A stretch of DNA of 62,366 bases from an uncultured Spirochaeta sp. (lineage in GTDB: Bacteria > Spirochaetota > Spirochaetia > DTKZ01): NCBI GenBank assembly GCA_937140905.1, contig CAKZQO010000053.1, positions 1-62,366 of the forward strand, written 5' to 3'. Below, piece by piece: positions 19,647 through 29,329 of this stretch (position 1 is the stretch's first letter; every line of letters begins with the position of its first letter). The position numbers were made by a program, and so were the translations under genes. The notes below the pieces were generated by a model. That model saw nothing but the letters and a program-made list of their open reading frames with translations. It did no database searches and was not told the origin of the DNA.

Positions 19647-20311
19647 CGTGCTACGTTGGGTTAAACCTATTGTCCGTAATTCTTCCTTTCATCTTCTCTT
19701 TCCATCCCCGCATTTATTTTACTAAGCAGTGGAGGTTCGTGTTTCCCGCCATTGGAATTACCGCTTTCGTGTACCTTTCTTGGGACATCCTCGTCACTGC
19801 CCATGGGCACTGGAGCTTCAACCCTACCTATGCAGGCGATGCCGTGTTTTTAGGACTCCCTCTGGGAGAAGTCTTGTTCTTTTTCTGCATCCCCTATGCC
19901 TGTCTCTTCGTCTACCACCTCTTTCGCATGTTTTTTCGGGAAAGGATCCTACCCATACCTCTTTTTGTGTTCTGGGTATTGGCAGGAGCCTTTCTTCTTG
20001 CAGGTTTCCTGAACCTCAATAGGGGATACACACTATTGGCCTTCTTTTCCTGTGCGGCCTTTTTAGTATTTACCCTGAAGTTGAAACCCGCCCTTCTTCA
20101 ATCCTCCCATACCTGGGAGTACTTCCTCTTCTCCTTCGTTGCCTTTCTCATCGTCAACGGTATCTTAACCGGTTTACCGGTGGTTCTCTACAATCCGAAA
20201 GCCATACTGGGGTATCGGGTGATCACCATCCCTGTGGAGGATTTTTTCTATAATTTTTCCTTTCTGGGCTTCAACTTGCTTCTATACCGATTGATCGCAA
20301 AAGACCGTTGA
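19643..20311 (+). CDS. Lycopene-cyclase-domain membrane protein
   Basis: 222 aa with about 7 TM helices. Two PxE(E/D)-type motifs (LPLGEVLFFF, IPVEDFFYNF) as in CrtYc/Yd-type cyclase domains. Overlaps the regulator gene by 4 nt. Confidence 0.6.
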   Translation: MTCYVGLNLLSVILPFIFSFHPRIYFTKQWRFVFPAIGITAFVYLSWDILVTAHGHWSFNPTYAGDAVFLGLPLGEVLFFFCIPYACLFVYHLFRMFFRERILPIPLFVFWVLAGAFLLAGFLNLNRGYTLLAFFSCAAFLVFTLKLKPALLQSSHTWEYFLFSFVAFLIVNGILTGLPVVLYNPKAILGYRVITIPVEDFFYNFSFLGFNLLLYRLIAKDR

Positions 20312-20350
20312 AGCAGGGAGCTCGCGCTTCCCCCCTGCCGTATCCCCACT

Positions 20351-21196
20351 CTATTTCTCCGTTTCCGTCATTCCCGCAATGAACTGTTTCTGCATCAATA
20401 CCACGACGATTACGGGAGGAATTAAGGCCAACAGAGTGGTGGCCATTACGATCTGCCATTCGATATTTACATCTGCTCCCGTCATCATTCGGTTGATTCC
20501 TATAAGTAGGGTGAAGTATTCCTGTTTCGTAGTAATCAAGAGAGGCCAAAGGTACTGGTTCCATCCATAAATGAACTGGATGACAAACAGGGCCGCAATG
20601 GGGGTTCGGCTCATGGGCACTAGTATCCTACCAAAGAACTGCATGGGAGAGGATCCGTCGATTTGGGATGCTTCCACGATTTCCCGAGGTACAGTAAGAA
20701 AGAACTGCCGGAACAGGAACACAGCTGTGGCGGAAACGATCATGGGCATGATGAGGCCCGAGTAGGTATTCAGCATTCCAAGGTCAGAAATCACTTTATA
20801 GGTAGGCATGATCCGAACTTCCACAGGCAACATCAAAGTGATAAAGATACTCCAGAAACAGAACTTCCGTAGGGGAAAATCGAAGAATACGATGGCGAAG
20901 GCTGCCAAGAGGGAGATAATGATTTTTCCGATCGAGATTCCCATGGCCATGATGAAGGAGTTCTTGATCATGATGAATACCGGAGTGCCTAGGTTCTTCG
21001 TTCCTTCGAATAACGCCCTCTTATAGTTTTCCAATAGATAGGGTCCGATGTTGAGAGGCATCGGAGCTGAAAGAATTTCAGCGCTAGTGTGGGAGGACGC
21101 CGAGAAGATGAAGTAGATGGGAAAGATGATAATGGCAATTCCGATCCATAGATAGAAATGTGTTATCAGCCTACGGACTTTAGAAAACTCTCTCAT
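20351..21196 (-). CDS. ugpE: sn-glycerol-3-phosphate ABC transporter permease
   Basis: 281 aa. MalG/UgpE-type permease with an EAA-like loop (EASQIDGSSPMQFFGRILVP). Confidence 0.85.
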   Translation of the reverse strand: MREFSKVRRLITHFYLWIGIAIIIFPIYFIFSASSHTSAEILSAPMPLNIGPYLLENYKRALFEGTKNLGTPVFIMIKNSFIMAMGISIGKIIISLLAAFAIVFFDFPLRKFCFWSIFITLMLPVEVRIMPTYKVISDLGMLNTYSGLIMPMIVSATAVFLFRQFFLTVPREIVEASQIDGSSPMQFFGRILVPMSRTPIAALFVIQFIYGWNQYLWPLLITTKQEYFTLLIGINRMMTGADVNIEWQIVMATTLLALIPPVIVVVLMQKQFIAGMTETEK

Positions 21197-21206
21197 GGGG
21201 TGCCTC

Positions 21207-22097
21207 CTAGTAGGTTATCCGCCGCTCGATGAAGCGGAACTGAAGAACAGTCAGTCCAATCACAAGGATCATGAGAATTACCGATTGGGCTGAAGATCCC
21301 CCTAGATCGAGATTCACAACCCCATCTCGCCAAACCTTATAGACAAGTATGGAAGTGGATTTCCCCGGACCTCCCGCAGTGATCCCATGCACGATGGGGA
21401 AGGTTTCGAAGAAACCAAACACCAGGTTCATTACCAAGAGGTAGAAGGTAGTAGGGGCTAGTAGGCCAAAGATGATCTGCCAGAAGCGTCTAATGGGACT
21501 CGCCCCATCGATAATAGCAGCCTCTACCAGGGTTTCGGGAACACTTTGGAGTCCTGCCATAAAGAAGACGAAATTATACGCTAACTGTTTCCAGGAAGCC
21601 GCTAGAGTAAGGAGAATGAAGGCATGTTGAAAGTTCAATAGGTAGTCCCAAGGAATACCGAAATTATGTTTGAGGATCCAAGCGATCACCCCTACGTTCG
21701 GGTTAAACATGAAAAGCCAGATGACTCCCGCTACCAGGGTAGCTACCGCGTATGGCCAGGTGAGCATCGTTTTATAGAAGGTGGTGAAGTGTATTTTCTT
21801 ATGGGCCTGCACCGCAAGAAAGAGGGACACGGTCATAGAGAGAAGGGTAATGCTTAGAGCGAAGACGATTGAGATAATAAAAGAATATAGGTAATCACTA
21901 TCTGGGTTGGTAAAGAGAGCGATATAGTTGGATAGTCCTACGAAGATCGTCTTTCCGCCGAAGGGATCCTGAAGATAGAAGGATTGCAGGATCGCTTGGG
22001 CAGAAGGCCAGAAAAAGAAGATAAACACGATGATCATCTGCGGGAGAACGAGAAAGTAGGGTAACCATTTAGCCTTGATTTCATACTGTTTTGCCAT
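21207..22097 (-). CDS. ugpA: sn-glycerol-3-phosphate ABC transporter permease
   Basis: 296 aa. MalF/UgpA-type permease (EAAIIDGASPIRRFWQI). Confidence 0.85.
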   Translation of the reverse strand: MAKQYEIKAKWLPYFLVLPQMIIVFIFFFWPSAQAILQSFYLQDPFGGKTIFVGLSNYIALFTNPDSDYLYSFIISIVFALSITLLSMTVSLFLAVQAHKKIHFTTFYKTMLTWPYAVATLVAGVIWLFMFNPNVGVIAWILKHNFGIPWDYLLNFQHAFILLTLAASWKQLAYNFVFFMAGLQSVPETLVEAAIIDGASPIRRFWQIIFGLLAPTTFYLLVMNLVFGFFETFPIVHGITAGGPGKSTSILVYKVWRDGVVNLDLGGSSAQSVILMILVIGLTVLQFRFIERRITY

Positions 22098-22171
22098 ACT
22101 ATGCCTCGAAATACAGGGGATGTAAAAACGGTAGAAGGGGGTATGACCCCCCTTCTAGAACTAGTGGACGT

Positions 22172-23473
22172 TTATTTATACAATCGCTCGAACTCCCGGA
22201 GCTTGGCGTTTCCTTCCCGGACCATTCGATCCAATCCATCTTTCACGGATATCTTGTCTGCCAGAATATCTTCCCAAACCTGATCTTCGATTTCACGAAT
22301 AATGTTGAAATTTCCAAATCGGATTCCCATCGAGTTCTTCGTTGGCGGTTTGTTGAGAAGTTGCCCGATAGCAACTTCCAGTCCCGGATTGTCTTTATAG
22401 TACCCCTGCTTCTTGGTAAGTTCATAAGCAGCATTCGTGATAGGCAGGTAACCGGTATTCTGGTGCCAGTAGGCTTGGATTTCTGGCTGCGAGATGTAAG
22501 TAAAGAAGGCCGTTACAGCCTTGTATTCTGCCGGGCTTTTCCCATTGAATACCCAGAGACTAGCTCCACCAATGATCGAGTTTTGAGGAGCACCAGGGAC
22601 ATCGGGGTAGTATGGAAGACGAGCAACGCCGAAGTTGAACTTACAGTTTGCTTTCATGCTTCCATACCCACCGATGGATTCGAAGTGAAGGCCTACCCGT
22701 TGGGAGATGAAGAGGGGGTTCGCCTTGTTTTCCCGGCCACCGTAGATGAACACCCCCTCCTTTGCTAGTTTGTAGAGGTTCTCGAAGTGGCGAACGTGGA
22801 GAGGGCTGTTGAAGACGAGTTCTGTATCCAACCCATCGAATCCATTGCTCTTGGTTCCGAAAGGAACATTGTGCCAGGCCGAAAAGTTTTCCAGCTGGAT
22901 CCAACTTATCCAGTTTGTGGTGAATCCCCCTTCCATCCCCGAAGCTTTCAGTTTGCGGGCGGCATCAAAGAACTCAGGCCAAGTTACAGGCGGTTTGTCC
23001 GGATTCAACCCTGCTTTGTGGAAAGCGTCTTTGTTGTAATACATAACCGCAGTGGAGCTATTGAAGGGCATGGAAAGCATCTTTCCGTCGGAGGTCGAGT
23101 AATAGGATGTGATGGTAGGAATGTACACCTTTGGATCGAACTTTGCGTTGTTCTCGGCCATCAATTGATACACGGGTTTAATGGCTCCCTTGGCAGCCAT
23201 CATCGTGGCGGTTCCTACTTCGTACACCTGAATAATAGCGGGAGCTTGCTTTGCGCGGAAGGCTGCGATACCCGCGTTCATTGTGTCGCTGTAGGACCCC
23301 TTGTATACGGGAACTACTTTATAGTCCTTCTGGCTAGCGTTGAACTTATCGCAGACGGATTGAACCATCTCGCCATTCTTTCCTGTCATGGCGTGCCAGA
23401 ACTCCACTGATACCTGAGCGTAGACCCCTATGGTCATTGCCAGGATCAGCACCAGTAAAAGTAGCTTCTTCAT
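22172..23473 (-). CDS. ugpB: sn-glycerol-3-phosphate ABC transporter substrate-binding protein
   Basis: 433 aa with a signal peptide. Long stretches match what I remember of E. coli UgpB (IAAFRAKQAPAIIQVYEVGTATMMA, PFNSSTAVMYYNKDAF). No ugpC ATPase gene lies in the operon. Confidence 0.88.
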   Translation of the reverse strand: MKKLLLLVLILAMTIGVYAQVSVEFWHAMTGKNGEMVQSVCDKFNASQKDYKVVPVYKGSYSDTMNAGIAAFRAKQAPAIIQVYEVGTATMMAAKGAIKPVYQLMAENNAKFDPKVYIPTITSYYSTSDGKMLSMPFNSSTAVMYYNKDAFHKAGLNPDKPPVTWPEFFDAARKLKASGMEGGFTTNWISWIQLENFSAWHNVPFGTKSNGFDGLDTELVFNSPLHVRHFENLYKLAKEGVFIYGGRENKANPLFISQRVGLHFESIGGYGSMKANCKFNFGVARLPYYPDVPGAPQNSIIGGASLWVFNGKSPAEYKAVTAFFTYISQPEIQAYWHQNTGYLPITNAAYELTKKQGYYKDNPGLEVAIGQLLNKPPTKNSMGIRFGNFNIIREIEDQVWEDILADKISVKDGLDRMVREGNAKLREFERLYK

Positions 23474-23702
23474 GCGGATCCTCCTCCTAAACGTTTACAT
23501 TCAATACTGAATGTTTTTGTTTGTTTTTGAACCTATTCTAACCCCATTGTTAGAATCTTGCAAGTTTTTCTTGCTTCCCTATAGTATGAACCTCTTTGTC
23601 GTTTCTTGCAACATACCTCCATAAAAGTATTACTCTCTCATGAGAATCTTGTTAAAAACTCGTTATTGACAGATACGGTTCCCTCCCCTATGCTACCTCT
23701 GC

Positions 23703-25577
23703 ATGAATCCAACGATACGAACCAAATTTCTCGGTTGGGATCTTTCTTCCCCGCTGGTGCTTCCCGCAGGTGTTCTCGGGATGAGCGCAGGCTCCCTCCA
23801 ATATGCGTTACAGTGCGGGTATGGTTTGGTGACTTCCAAGAGCCTTTCCTTGGAACCTCGCATGGGGCACGAGGGGCCGGTAGTGGTCGAGTACAACGGA
23901 GGGATCCTGAACAGTATGGGGCTCTGCAATCCAGGAATCGAGGAAGGTTTAAAAGAAGTGAACCGATTCGTGGAGCAAACAGGTGCGCCTATCCTGGTTA
24001 GTCTTTTTGCCACGAATAGGGAGGATTTTGTAGAATTGGCACGCCGGGCCAACGATAGCGTGGCAACCTTCATTGAATTGAACCTTTCCTGTCCCAATGT
24101 GATGGATGAGTTTGGGATTCCTTTAGCTTCTTCTAAAGAAATGGTAGCAACGATTGTGGAATCGGTAAAGAAAGTGTCTCGGGTTCCCGTATTGGCTAAA
24201 TTGTCTCCCAATGCGGTGGATGTGCCTTCCATTGCAGTAGCAGCAGAACAGTCGGGTGCGGATGGGTTAACTTTGATAAATACTCTAGGGCCAGGACTTT
24301 TGATCGATCCATACGCCAGAAAACCGATCCTCTATCCTACCTATGGAGGAGTTTCAGGTCCTGCCATTAAACCCATCGCGCTGAAGATCGTGTTCGATTG
24401 CGCTCGACGAGTAAAGATACCCATTGTAGGGATGGGAGGGATTTCCACGGGTATAGATGCTATCGAGATGTTGATGGCGGGAGCAAGCCTCGTCGGCGTG
24501 GGGACGGCAATCTGGCAAAAGGGTATTCGAGTGATCGAAGAGATAAATCAGGGCATCCTACACTTCCTGCGAACTGAAGGATATCCTTCGGTGGATGATC
24601 TCCCGCGAATAGGAAAAGCACAAAAGGTCGCCTCGGAGAAAAAGGACATTCAATGTACAATCGTAGAAGCAAGGAAAGAGGTGGAAGGGCCCTTACCGTC
24701 TAATTTTCCCTCTTCCCCTTCCCCGGTACTCTTGTTTTCGGGAAGAATCACAGTACCTATCCGACAGGTCAAAGAAGAGGGGCTTTCGGCAAAGACCTTG
24801 CGGGTGGAACTGGATAGAGGAAAACAATACGCTTTGCCGATGCCTGGGCAGTTTTTCATGTTGACGGATTATCAGGGAGGAGAGAAGCCAATCTCCGTGT
24901 CCGAGGTAGAAGAGATAGATAATGGGAAAGTTAGAGTTGGGTTTACCATCAAGGCGGCTGGTCCGTTTACTAGACGGTTCCAGGACAAGGGTATAGGAGA
25001 TCTCATTTCTCTACGAGGCCCCTATGGCAATCCTTTTTCCATACGAAAGGGTCGCCTTCTTTTGGTAGGGGGAGGTTGCGGTATTGCTCCCTTGCATTAC
25101 CTTGCTAAAACTCTCGTCAAGAATGGAGCCGAGGTAACTGTGGTAAACGGAGCGCGAACGGCTTCTGAACTACTTTTCTCTGATCGGTTTGCTTCCCTTC
25201 CTGTTCGATCCCTCGAGGTGTTGGAAGATCGGGATGGGGGTAAGACTGCCGTAGATGCGGCGCGGGAACTCTTGAGCAAAGAGAATTTCGATTTCGTCTA
25301 TGCTGCAGGTCCAGAGATGATGATGGCGAACTTAGGTCCTCTAATAAAAGGGGTGGAGTACGAATTTCTCATGGAACGGTATATGAAGTGCGGAGTCGGT
25401 ATCTGTGGGAGCTGTACCTGTGATCCTATAGGTATTCGTCTCTGTGTGGAAGGGCCCGTACTTTCAAAAAAGGTAGTGGAGCAGCTGACAGACTTCGGTG
25501 TCTACAAAAGGGATGCTTCTGGGAAGAGAATTCCCTTTCGATCAGGATTCAGCTCCTGTGTTCATGATACTCCTTGA
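23703..25577 (+). CDS. pyrD: Fused dihydroorotate dehydrogenase 1B: catalytic PyrD domain plus PyrK-like electron-transfer domain
   Basis: 624 aa. The N-terminal ~300 aa form the PyrD TIM barrel (NLSCPN, GGVSGPAIKPIAL, GMGGI). After a ~40-aa linker comes the C-terminal ~270 aa with LVGGGCGIAPL and the 2Fe-2S motif CGVGICGSCTC. Confidence 0.85.
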   Translation: MNPTIRTKFLGWDLSSPLVLPAGVLGMSAGSLQYALQCGYGLVTSKSLSLEPRMGHEGPVVVEYNGGILNSMGLCNPGIEEGLKEVNRFVEQTGAPILVSLFATNREDFVELARRANDSVATFIELNLSCPNVMDEFGIPLASSKEMVATIVESVKKVSRVPVLAKLSPNAVDVPSIAVAAEQSGADGLTLINTLGPGLLIDPYARKPILYPTYGGVSGPAIKPIALKIVFDCARRVKIPIVGMGGISTGIDAIEMLMAGASLVGVGTAIWQKGIRVIEEINQGILHFLRTEGYPSVDDLPRIGKAQKVASEKKDIQCTIVEARKEVEGPLPSNFPSSPSPVLLFSGRITVPIRQVKEEGLSAKTLRVELDRGKQYALPMPGQFFMLTDYQGGEKPISVSEVEEIDNGKVRVGFTIKAAGPFTRRFQDKGIGDLISLRGPYGNPFSIRKGRLLLVGGGCGIAPLHYLAKTLVKNGAEVTVVNGARTASELLFSDRFASLPVRSLEVLEDRDGGKTAVDAARELLSKENFDFVYAAGPEMMMANLGPLIKGVEYEFLMERYMKCGVGICGSCTCDPIGIRLCVEGPVLSKKVVEQLTDFGVYKRDASGKRIPFRSGFSSCVHDTP

Positions 25578-26010
25578 TCCGGTGGAAGGATTCGTTCAAC
25601 TTTTTTGTCACTTCCGTTGCATGCCGGTACTTTTCTGGATCTTGAGCAAAACGATCAGGATGGTACTTTCGGAGTAGGGTCTTGTACTGTTTTTTTACGG
25701 TCTCCAAATCGCTTTTAAAGGGTACTTCTAGGTTCGCGTAATCCTGTCGAAGATGTTCCTGAGGATCCGGTCTTGGAGGTTCGTCCCTCCAAGACCGAGT
25801 ATGGAATCCGTATGTCCGATCGGAAGTATCTTGGTAATGGTACCCTCGAAGGGGTTCTGCCCGAGGTTTTTGGAAGGAGGGTTCTTCTGAATGGCGGAGG
25901 AACTGATTCAGTTCCTCCCACGCTTCTTCGAAATCCCGACCGTATAAAAGATCTTCCTCCCAGTGAAAGTACGACCGAAGAATATCCCCTATCCGGCCGA
26001 ACATACCCAT
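25549..26010 (-). CDS. J-domain protein (J domain at the C-terminus)
   Basis: 153 aa. The C-terminal KKQYKTLLRKYHPDRF contains the HPD motif. Confidence 0.7.
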   Translation of the reverse strand: MGMFGRIGDILRSYFHWEEDLLYGRDFEEAWEELNQFLRHSEEPSFQKPRAEPLRGYHYQDTSDRTYGFHTRSWRDEPPRPDPQEHLRQDYANLEVPFKSDLETVKKQYKTLLRKYHPDRFAQDPEKYRHATEVTKKLNESFHRIKEYHEHRS

Positions 26011-26023
26011 CTTACTGCCTTAA

Positions 26024-26728
26024 TTAGTCCCTATTTCGCCCGAACAAGCGGAGGAAAAAGAGAAACAGGTTGATGAAATCAAGGTACAACTTCAGTGCGC
26101 CAATGATGGAAATCCGTATAAAGATGGATTCGTCCGCAGTGTAGGCTGCCTGTTGGTTCCAACCCTTTATGATTTGCGTGTCATAGGCAGTGAGACCGAC
26201 AAACAACAGTACCCCCACTACCGAAATCATCCATTCCATTCCGGAGCTGCGAAGAAAGATGTTTACAAGGGAAGCGATGACGAGCCCTAATAACCCCATC
26301 ATAAGATAGTTCCCGATCCCAGAGAGGTCCCGTTTTGTGGTAACCGCATAGAGGCTCATGGCTCCAAAGGTTCCCGCAGTGATGAAAAAGGCGGATGCGA
26401 TACTCGTGCCCGTATAGGCCAGAAACACCAGAGAAAGGGAAACCCCATTAAGAGCAGCGTAGGTAGCGAAAGCAATGGTAGCCGCGCCTGCGCTCATTGC
26501 ATGGATCCGGGCAGAAAGATACATCACTAAACCAACTTCTGCCAAAATAACCCCAAAGAAAAGTAGGGGATTCGACGCTAACCCGATCACAAGCCGCGGG
26601 TTCGATGCGATCCCTAACGCAACTACACCTGTTAAGGCTAATCCAAGGCTCATCCACAGGTACACGTTTCGCAAGACACTTCGTTCCCGTGCAATGGCAG
26701 ATTCTAAGGCATAGTTTTTTTCGAACAT
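26024..26728 (-). CDS. BAX inhibitor-1/YccA family membrane protein
   Basis: 234 aa with 7 TM helices and the typical C-terminal YLDFINLFLFFLR. Confidence 0.88.
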   Translation of the reverse strand: MFEKNYALESAIARERSVLRNVYLWMSLGLALTGVVALGIASNPRLVIGLASNPLLFFGVILAEVGLVMYLSARIHAMSAGAATIAFATYAALNGVSLSLVFLAYTGTSIASAFFITAGTFGAMSLYAVTTKRDLSGIGNYLMMGLLGLVIASLVNIFLRSSGMEWMISVVGVLLFVGLTAYDTQIIKGWNQQAAYTADESIFIRISIIGALKLYLDFINLFLFFLRLFGRNRD

Positions 26729-26933
26729 CTATTTCCTCCCAGTACATCTAGTAAGTTTTAAAGGGATGGGGAATATCCCATCTTCCCGATTAAATATACA
26801 AAAAAATGGTCTTTTCACCAAGTATTCCTGTTACTTTATGGAGAATCTATTGTTTTACATATAGAAACATTGAAGGACATGGGGTGGCTCCTAGAGGTTT
26901 CCTCCTCCTTTACTCTAGGAGAACTTTTTGGTG

Positions 26934-26984
26934 GAGGTTCTTGCACGACGGTACAGGTGCAAGAACCTCTTTTTTTTTTTTTTT
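26934..26984 (+). terminator. Strong intrinsic terminator on the plus strand with no plus-strand CDS upstream
   Basis: Perfect 13-bp stem gaggttcttgcac (26934-26946) / gtgcaagaacctc (26957-26969), a 10-nt loop, then 15 consecutive T (26970-26984). Confidence 0.7.
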
Positions 26985-27023
26985 GAAGAATCGGCTTCGA
27001 TGTTTTACACTATTCAATAGGAG

Positions 27024-27374
27024 GTGCGTATGGAGGAAGATTACGGTCTTGCCATCATCTCTACTCCTACGGAAGCAGCAGAAACCTTGGCTCGTGCGTT
27101 GGTGGAGAACCACGCGGCTGCATGCGTGCAAATCCTAAAGGATGCCAGCACCCTCTACTGGTGGAAAGGGCAGGTACACTTCGATACGGAAAGTATTCTA
27201 CTGGTGAAGACCCTTGAATCTAGAATGGAAAAGATCAAACACCTCATAAAGGAAATCCATCCTTATGAAGTCCCCGAATTGATCTTTCTGAGAATCACGG
27301 GCGGTTCGGAACGGTACTTAGAATGGTTGCGAAACACCGTTCACCATGGAGACGACTTGGTTCCTACCCTATGA
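27024..27374 (+). CDS. cutA: Divalent-cation tolerance protein CutA
   Basis: 116 aa. Contains AACVQI...YWWKG and HPYEVPE motifs. AGGAGG SD site. Confidence 0.85.
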   Translation: MRMEEDYGLAIISTPTEAAETLARALVENHAAACVQILKDASTLYWWKGQVHFDTESILLVKTLESRMEKIKHLIKEIHPYEVPELIFLRITGGSERYLEWLRNTVHHGDDLVPTL

Positions 27375-28013
27375 TCTACGGTTGTTGATTCGAATGAACT
27401 CTTCGCTAAGCACGATATGATCCTTTGTTTTTGTGCTAGTAGGCGCATAGGAAATCGTTTCGTCCTTTAAAAGGCGAAAGATCACCGAGTCGATATCGTT
27501 CATAGCGATGCCAAGACGGGTATTGAGCCACTCTTTCACTCCCTGGATAGGAATCTTCAATCCTCCTGTATAGATTTTTTCTCCGAACTTAAGAGCATAG
27601 TCTGTCATGCCTCGTTGAACCCGTTCTCGCAAACCAAGTTCTACTAGTTCCGATATCTGCATGTTGGAGTTGCGAATCCGTTGGGACAAGACTTGGATGA
27701 TCTTCCACGCAAACTTTCCGTTGGTCAGTACGATCTTCTCGAATTGAGCTTCGTCTACCACGATTAGTTTGGTAGGTTTTATAGCGATGGCCGTAGCGGA
27801 ACGGGGGCTGCCATCCACAAGGGCCATCTCGCCAAAGAAATCATGGGGAGTATCTACGCACTTAAGTAGTTTTTCTCCTTTTTCTACTTTGATTCTAAGT
27901 TCAACGGCCCCTGAGACCAGGATATACATGACATTTCCGGGGTCGCCTTGTCGGAAGATCACATCCCCTTCGTTGAAGAAGGCAACGGTGAGTCCACGTG
28001 TATCGATTCCCAT
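27369..28013 (-). CDS. Cyclic-nucleotide-binding domain protein
   Basis: 214 aa. cNMP-binding fold (FRQGDPGNVMYILVSGAVEL...FFGEMALVDGSPRSATA). No obvious HTH domain. Confidence 0.78.
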   Translation of the reverse strand: MGIDTRGLTVAFFNEGDVIFRQGDPGNVMYILVSGAVELRIKVEKGEKLLKCVDTPHDFFGEMALVDGSPRSATAIAIKPTKLIVVDEAQFEKIVLTNGKFAWKIIQVLSQRIRNSNMQISELVELGLRERVQRGMTDYALKFGEKIYTGGLKIPIQGVKEWLNTRLGIAMNDIDSVIFRLLKDETISYAPTSTKTKDHIVLSEEFIRINNRRS

Positions 28014-28036
28014 CCTTTACCTCCAAAAGGGGGGAC

Positions 28037-29320
28037 TCAGAATCCCAACAGTTTCGGGAAAAATAAACTGAGCTCGGGTACATACGCTACGATGAAAAGA
28101 ACGATTACCTCCACAATGATGAAAGGGAAGATCGCTTTACTGAGTTCGGACAGTTTCAGACCCGATATACTACAAGCTACGAACAGACAAGCCCCCACGG
28201 GCGGAGTCATCAACGCGATATTGAGAGACAGAACCATGATGATTCCGAAATGAATGGGAGCGTATCCAAGACTTACCGCAATGGGATGCAGAATCGGCCC
28301 TAGGATGATGAGGGCTGCGGCAATATCCATGAACAATCCTACGATTAACATGAGGATCAGGATCATGAGGAGAACCAGTTTAGGTTCATGGGTGATGGAA
28401 AGCATAATCTGAGCAATCTTTTGAGGGACCTGGGCAAAGGAAAGAATCCAACTCAGGATGGAAGCTGTGCCGATGATGAGGAACACTACACCTGTAATAC
28501 GGGCTGTTTTGATGAGCATTTCGGGAATATCCCGGATGGAAAGACTTTTCAATACGAAGAACCCAATAATCACCGCGTATCCGACAGCCACGGCTGCAGC
28601 TTCCGTAGGGGTAAAAATCCCGGAAAGGATCCCCCCTAGAATGATCACAGGCATGAGAAGAGGAATAAGAGCGTCCTTGAATCCATAGAGGATCTCTTTC
28701 AACGTGCTGCGCCGGGATTTGGGATACCCTCGCTTGGCCGAAATGATCCCGGAAAGAACCATGAGAAAGGCCGCAAGAAGGAGTCCCGGTACGAATCCTG
28801 CGGCAAAGAGCCCTGCAATGGAAACGTTCATGAGGGATCCGTAGATCACCATCATGTTGGAAGGGGGAATGGTAGGACCGATGATGGAGGAAGCCGCAGT
28901 GACTGCAGCGGAGAAGTCTAGATCGTACCCATCCTTTTCCATGGCTGGAATCAGCATCGTACCAATGGCCGCTGTGTCCGATACGGCGGCTCCCGTCATT
29001 CCCGCGAAGAACACACTGGCAAGAATGTTCGCATGCGCCAATCCTCCCCTCAAGTGACCCACAAGAACATTGGCAAACCGAACCAACCGTTCGGTGATTC
29101 CCGTACGGTTCATGATTTCCCCTGCCAGAATGAAAAAAGGCATCGCTAGAAGAGTGAACATGTCCAGGCCGGAAAAGTATTGCAGCGGAGCCATCGATAG
29201 GAGAGAGGTGTTGAGGGAACTGAGGTACAAACCCACGATCCCTGCAATTCCAAGGGTAAACCCAATGGGCACGCCTAACACGAGGAGGGTGAAAAATACT
29301 ATGGTAACGGCAATGATCAT
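28037..29320 (-). CDS. dctM: TRAP transporter large permease
   Basis: 427 aa. DctM-family polytopic protein. Confidence 0.9.
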   Translation of the reverse strand: MIIAVTIVFFTLLVLGVPIGFTLGIAGIVGLYLSSLNTSLLSMAPLQYFSGLDMFTLLAMPFFILAGEIMNRTGITERLVRFANVLVGHLRGGLAHANILASVFFAGMTGAAVSDTAAIGTMLIPAMEKDGYDLDFSAAVTAASSIIGPTIPPSNMMVIYGSLMNVSIAGLFAAGFVPGLLLAAFLMVLSGIISAKRGYPKSRRSTLKEILYGFKDALIPLLMPVIILGGILSGIFTPTEAAAVAVGYAVIIGFFVLKSLSIRDIPEMLIKTARITGVVFLIIGTASILSWILSFAQVPQKIAQIMLSITHEPKLVLLMILILMLIVGLFMDIAAALIILGPILHPIAVSLGYAPIHFGIIMVLSLNIALMTPPVGACLFVACSISGLKLSELSKAIFPFIIVEVIVLFIVAYVPELSLFFPKLLGF

Positions 29321-29329
29321 GGGAAACCC

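Noticed and set aside
22091-23410. Plus-strand ORFs of 225 aa and 207 aa
   Set aside because: They are antisense to the highly recognisable ugpB gene.
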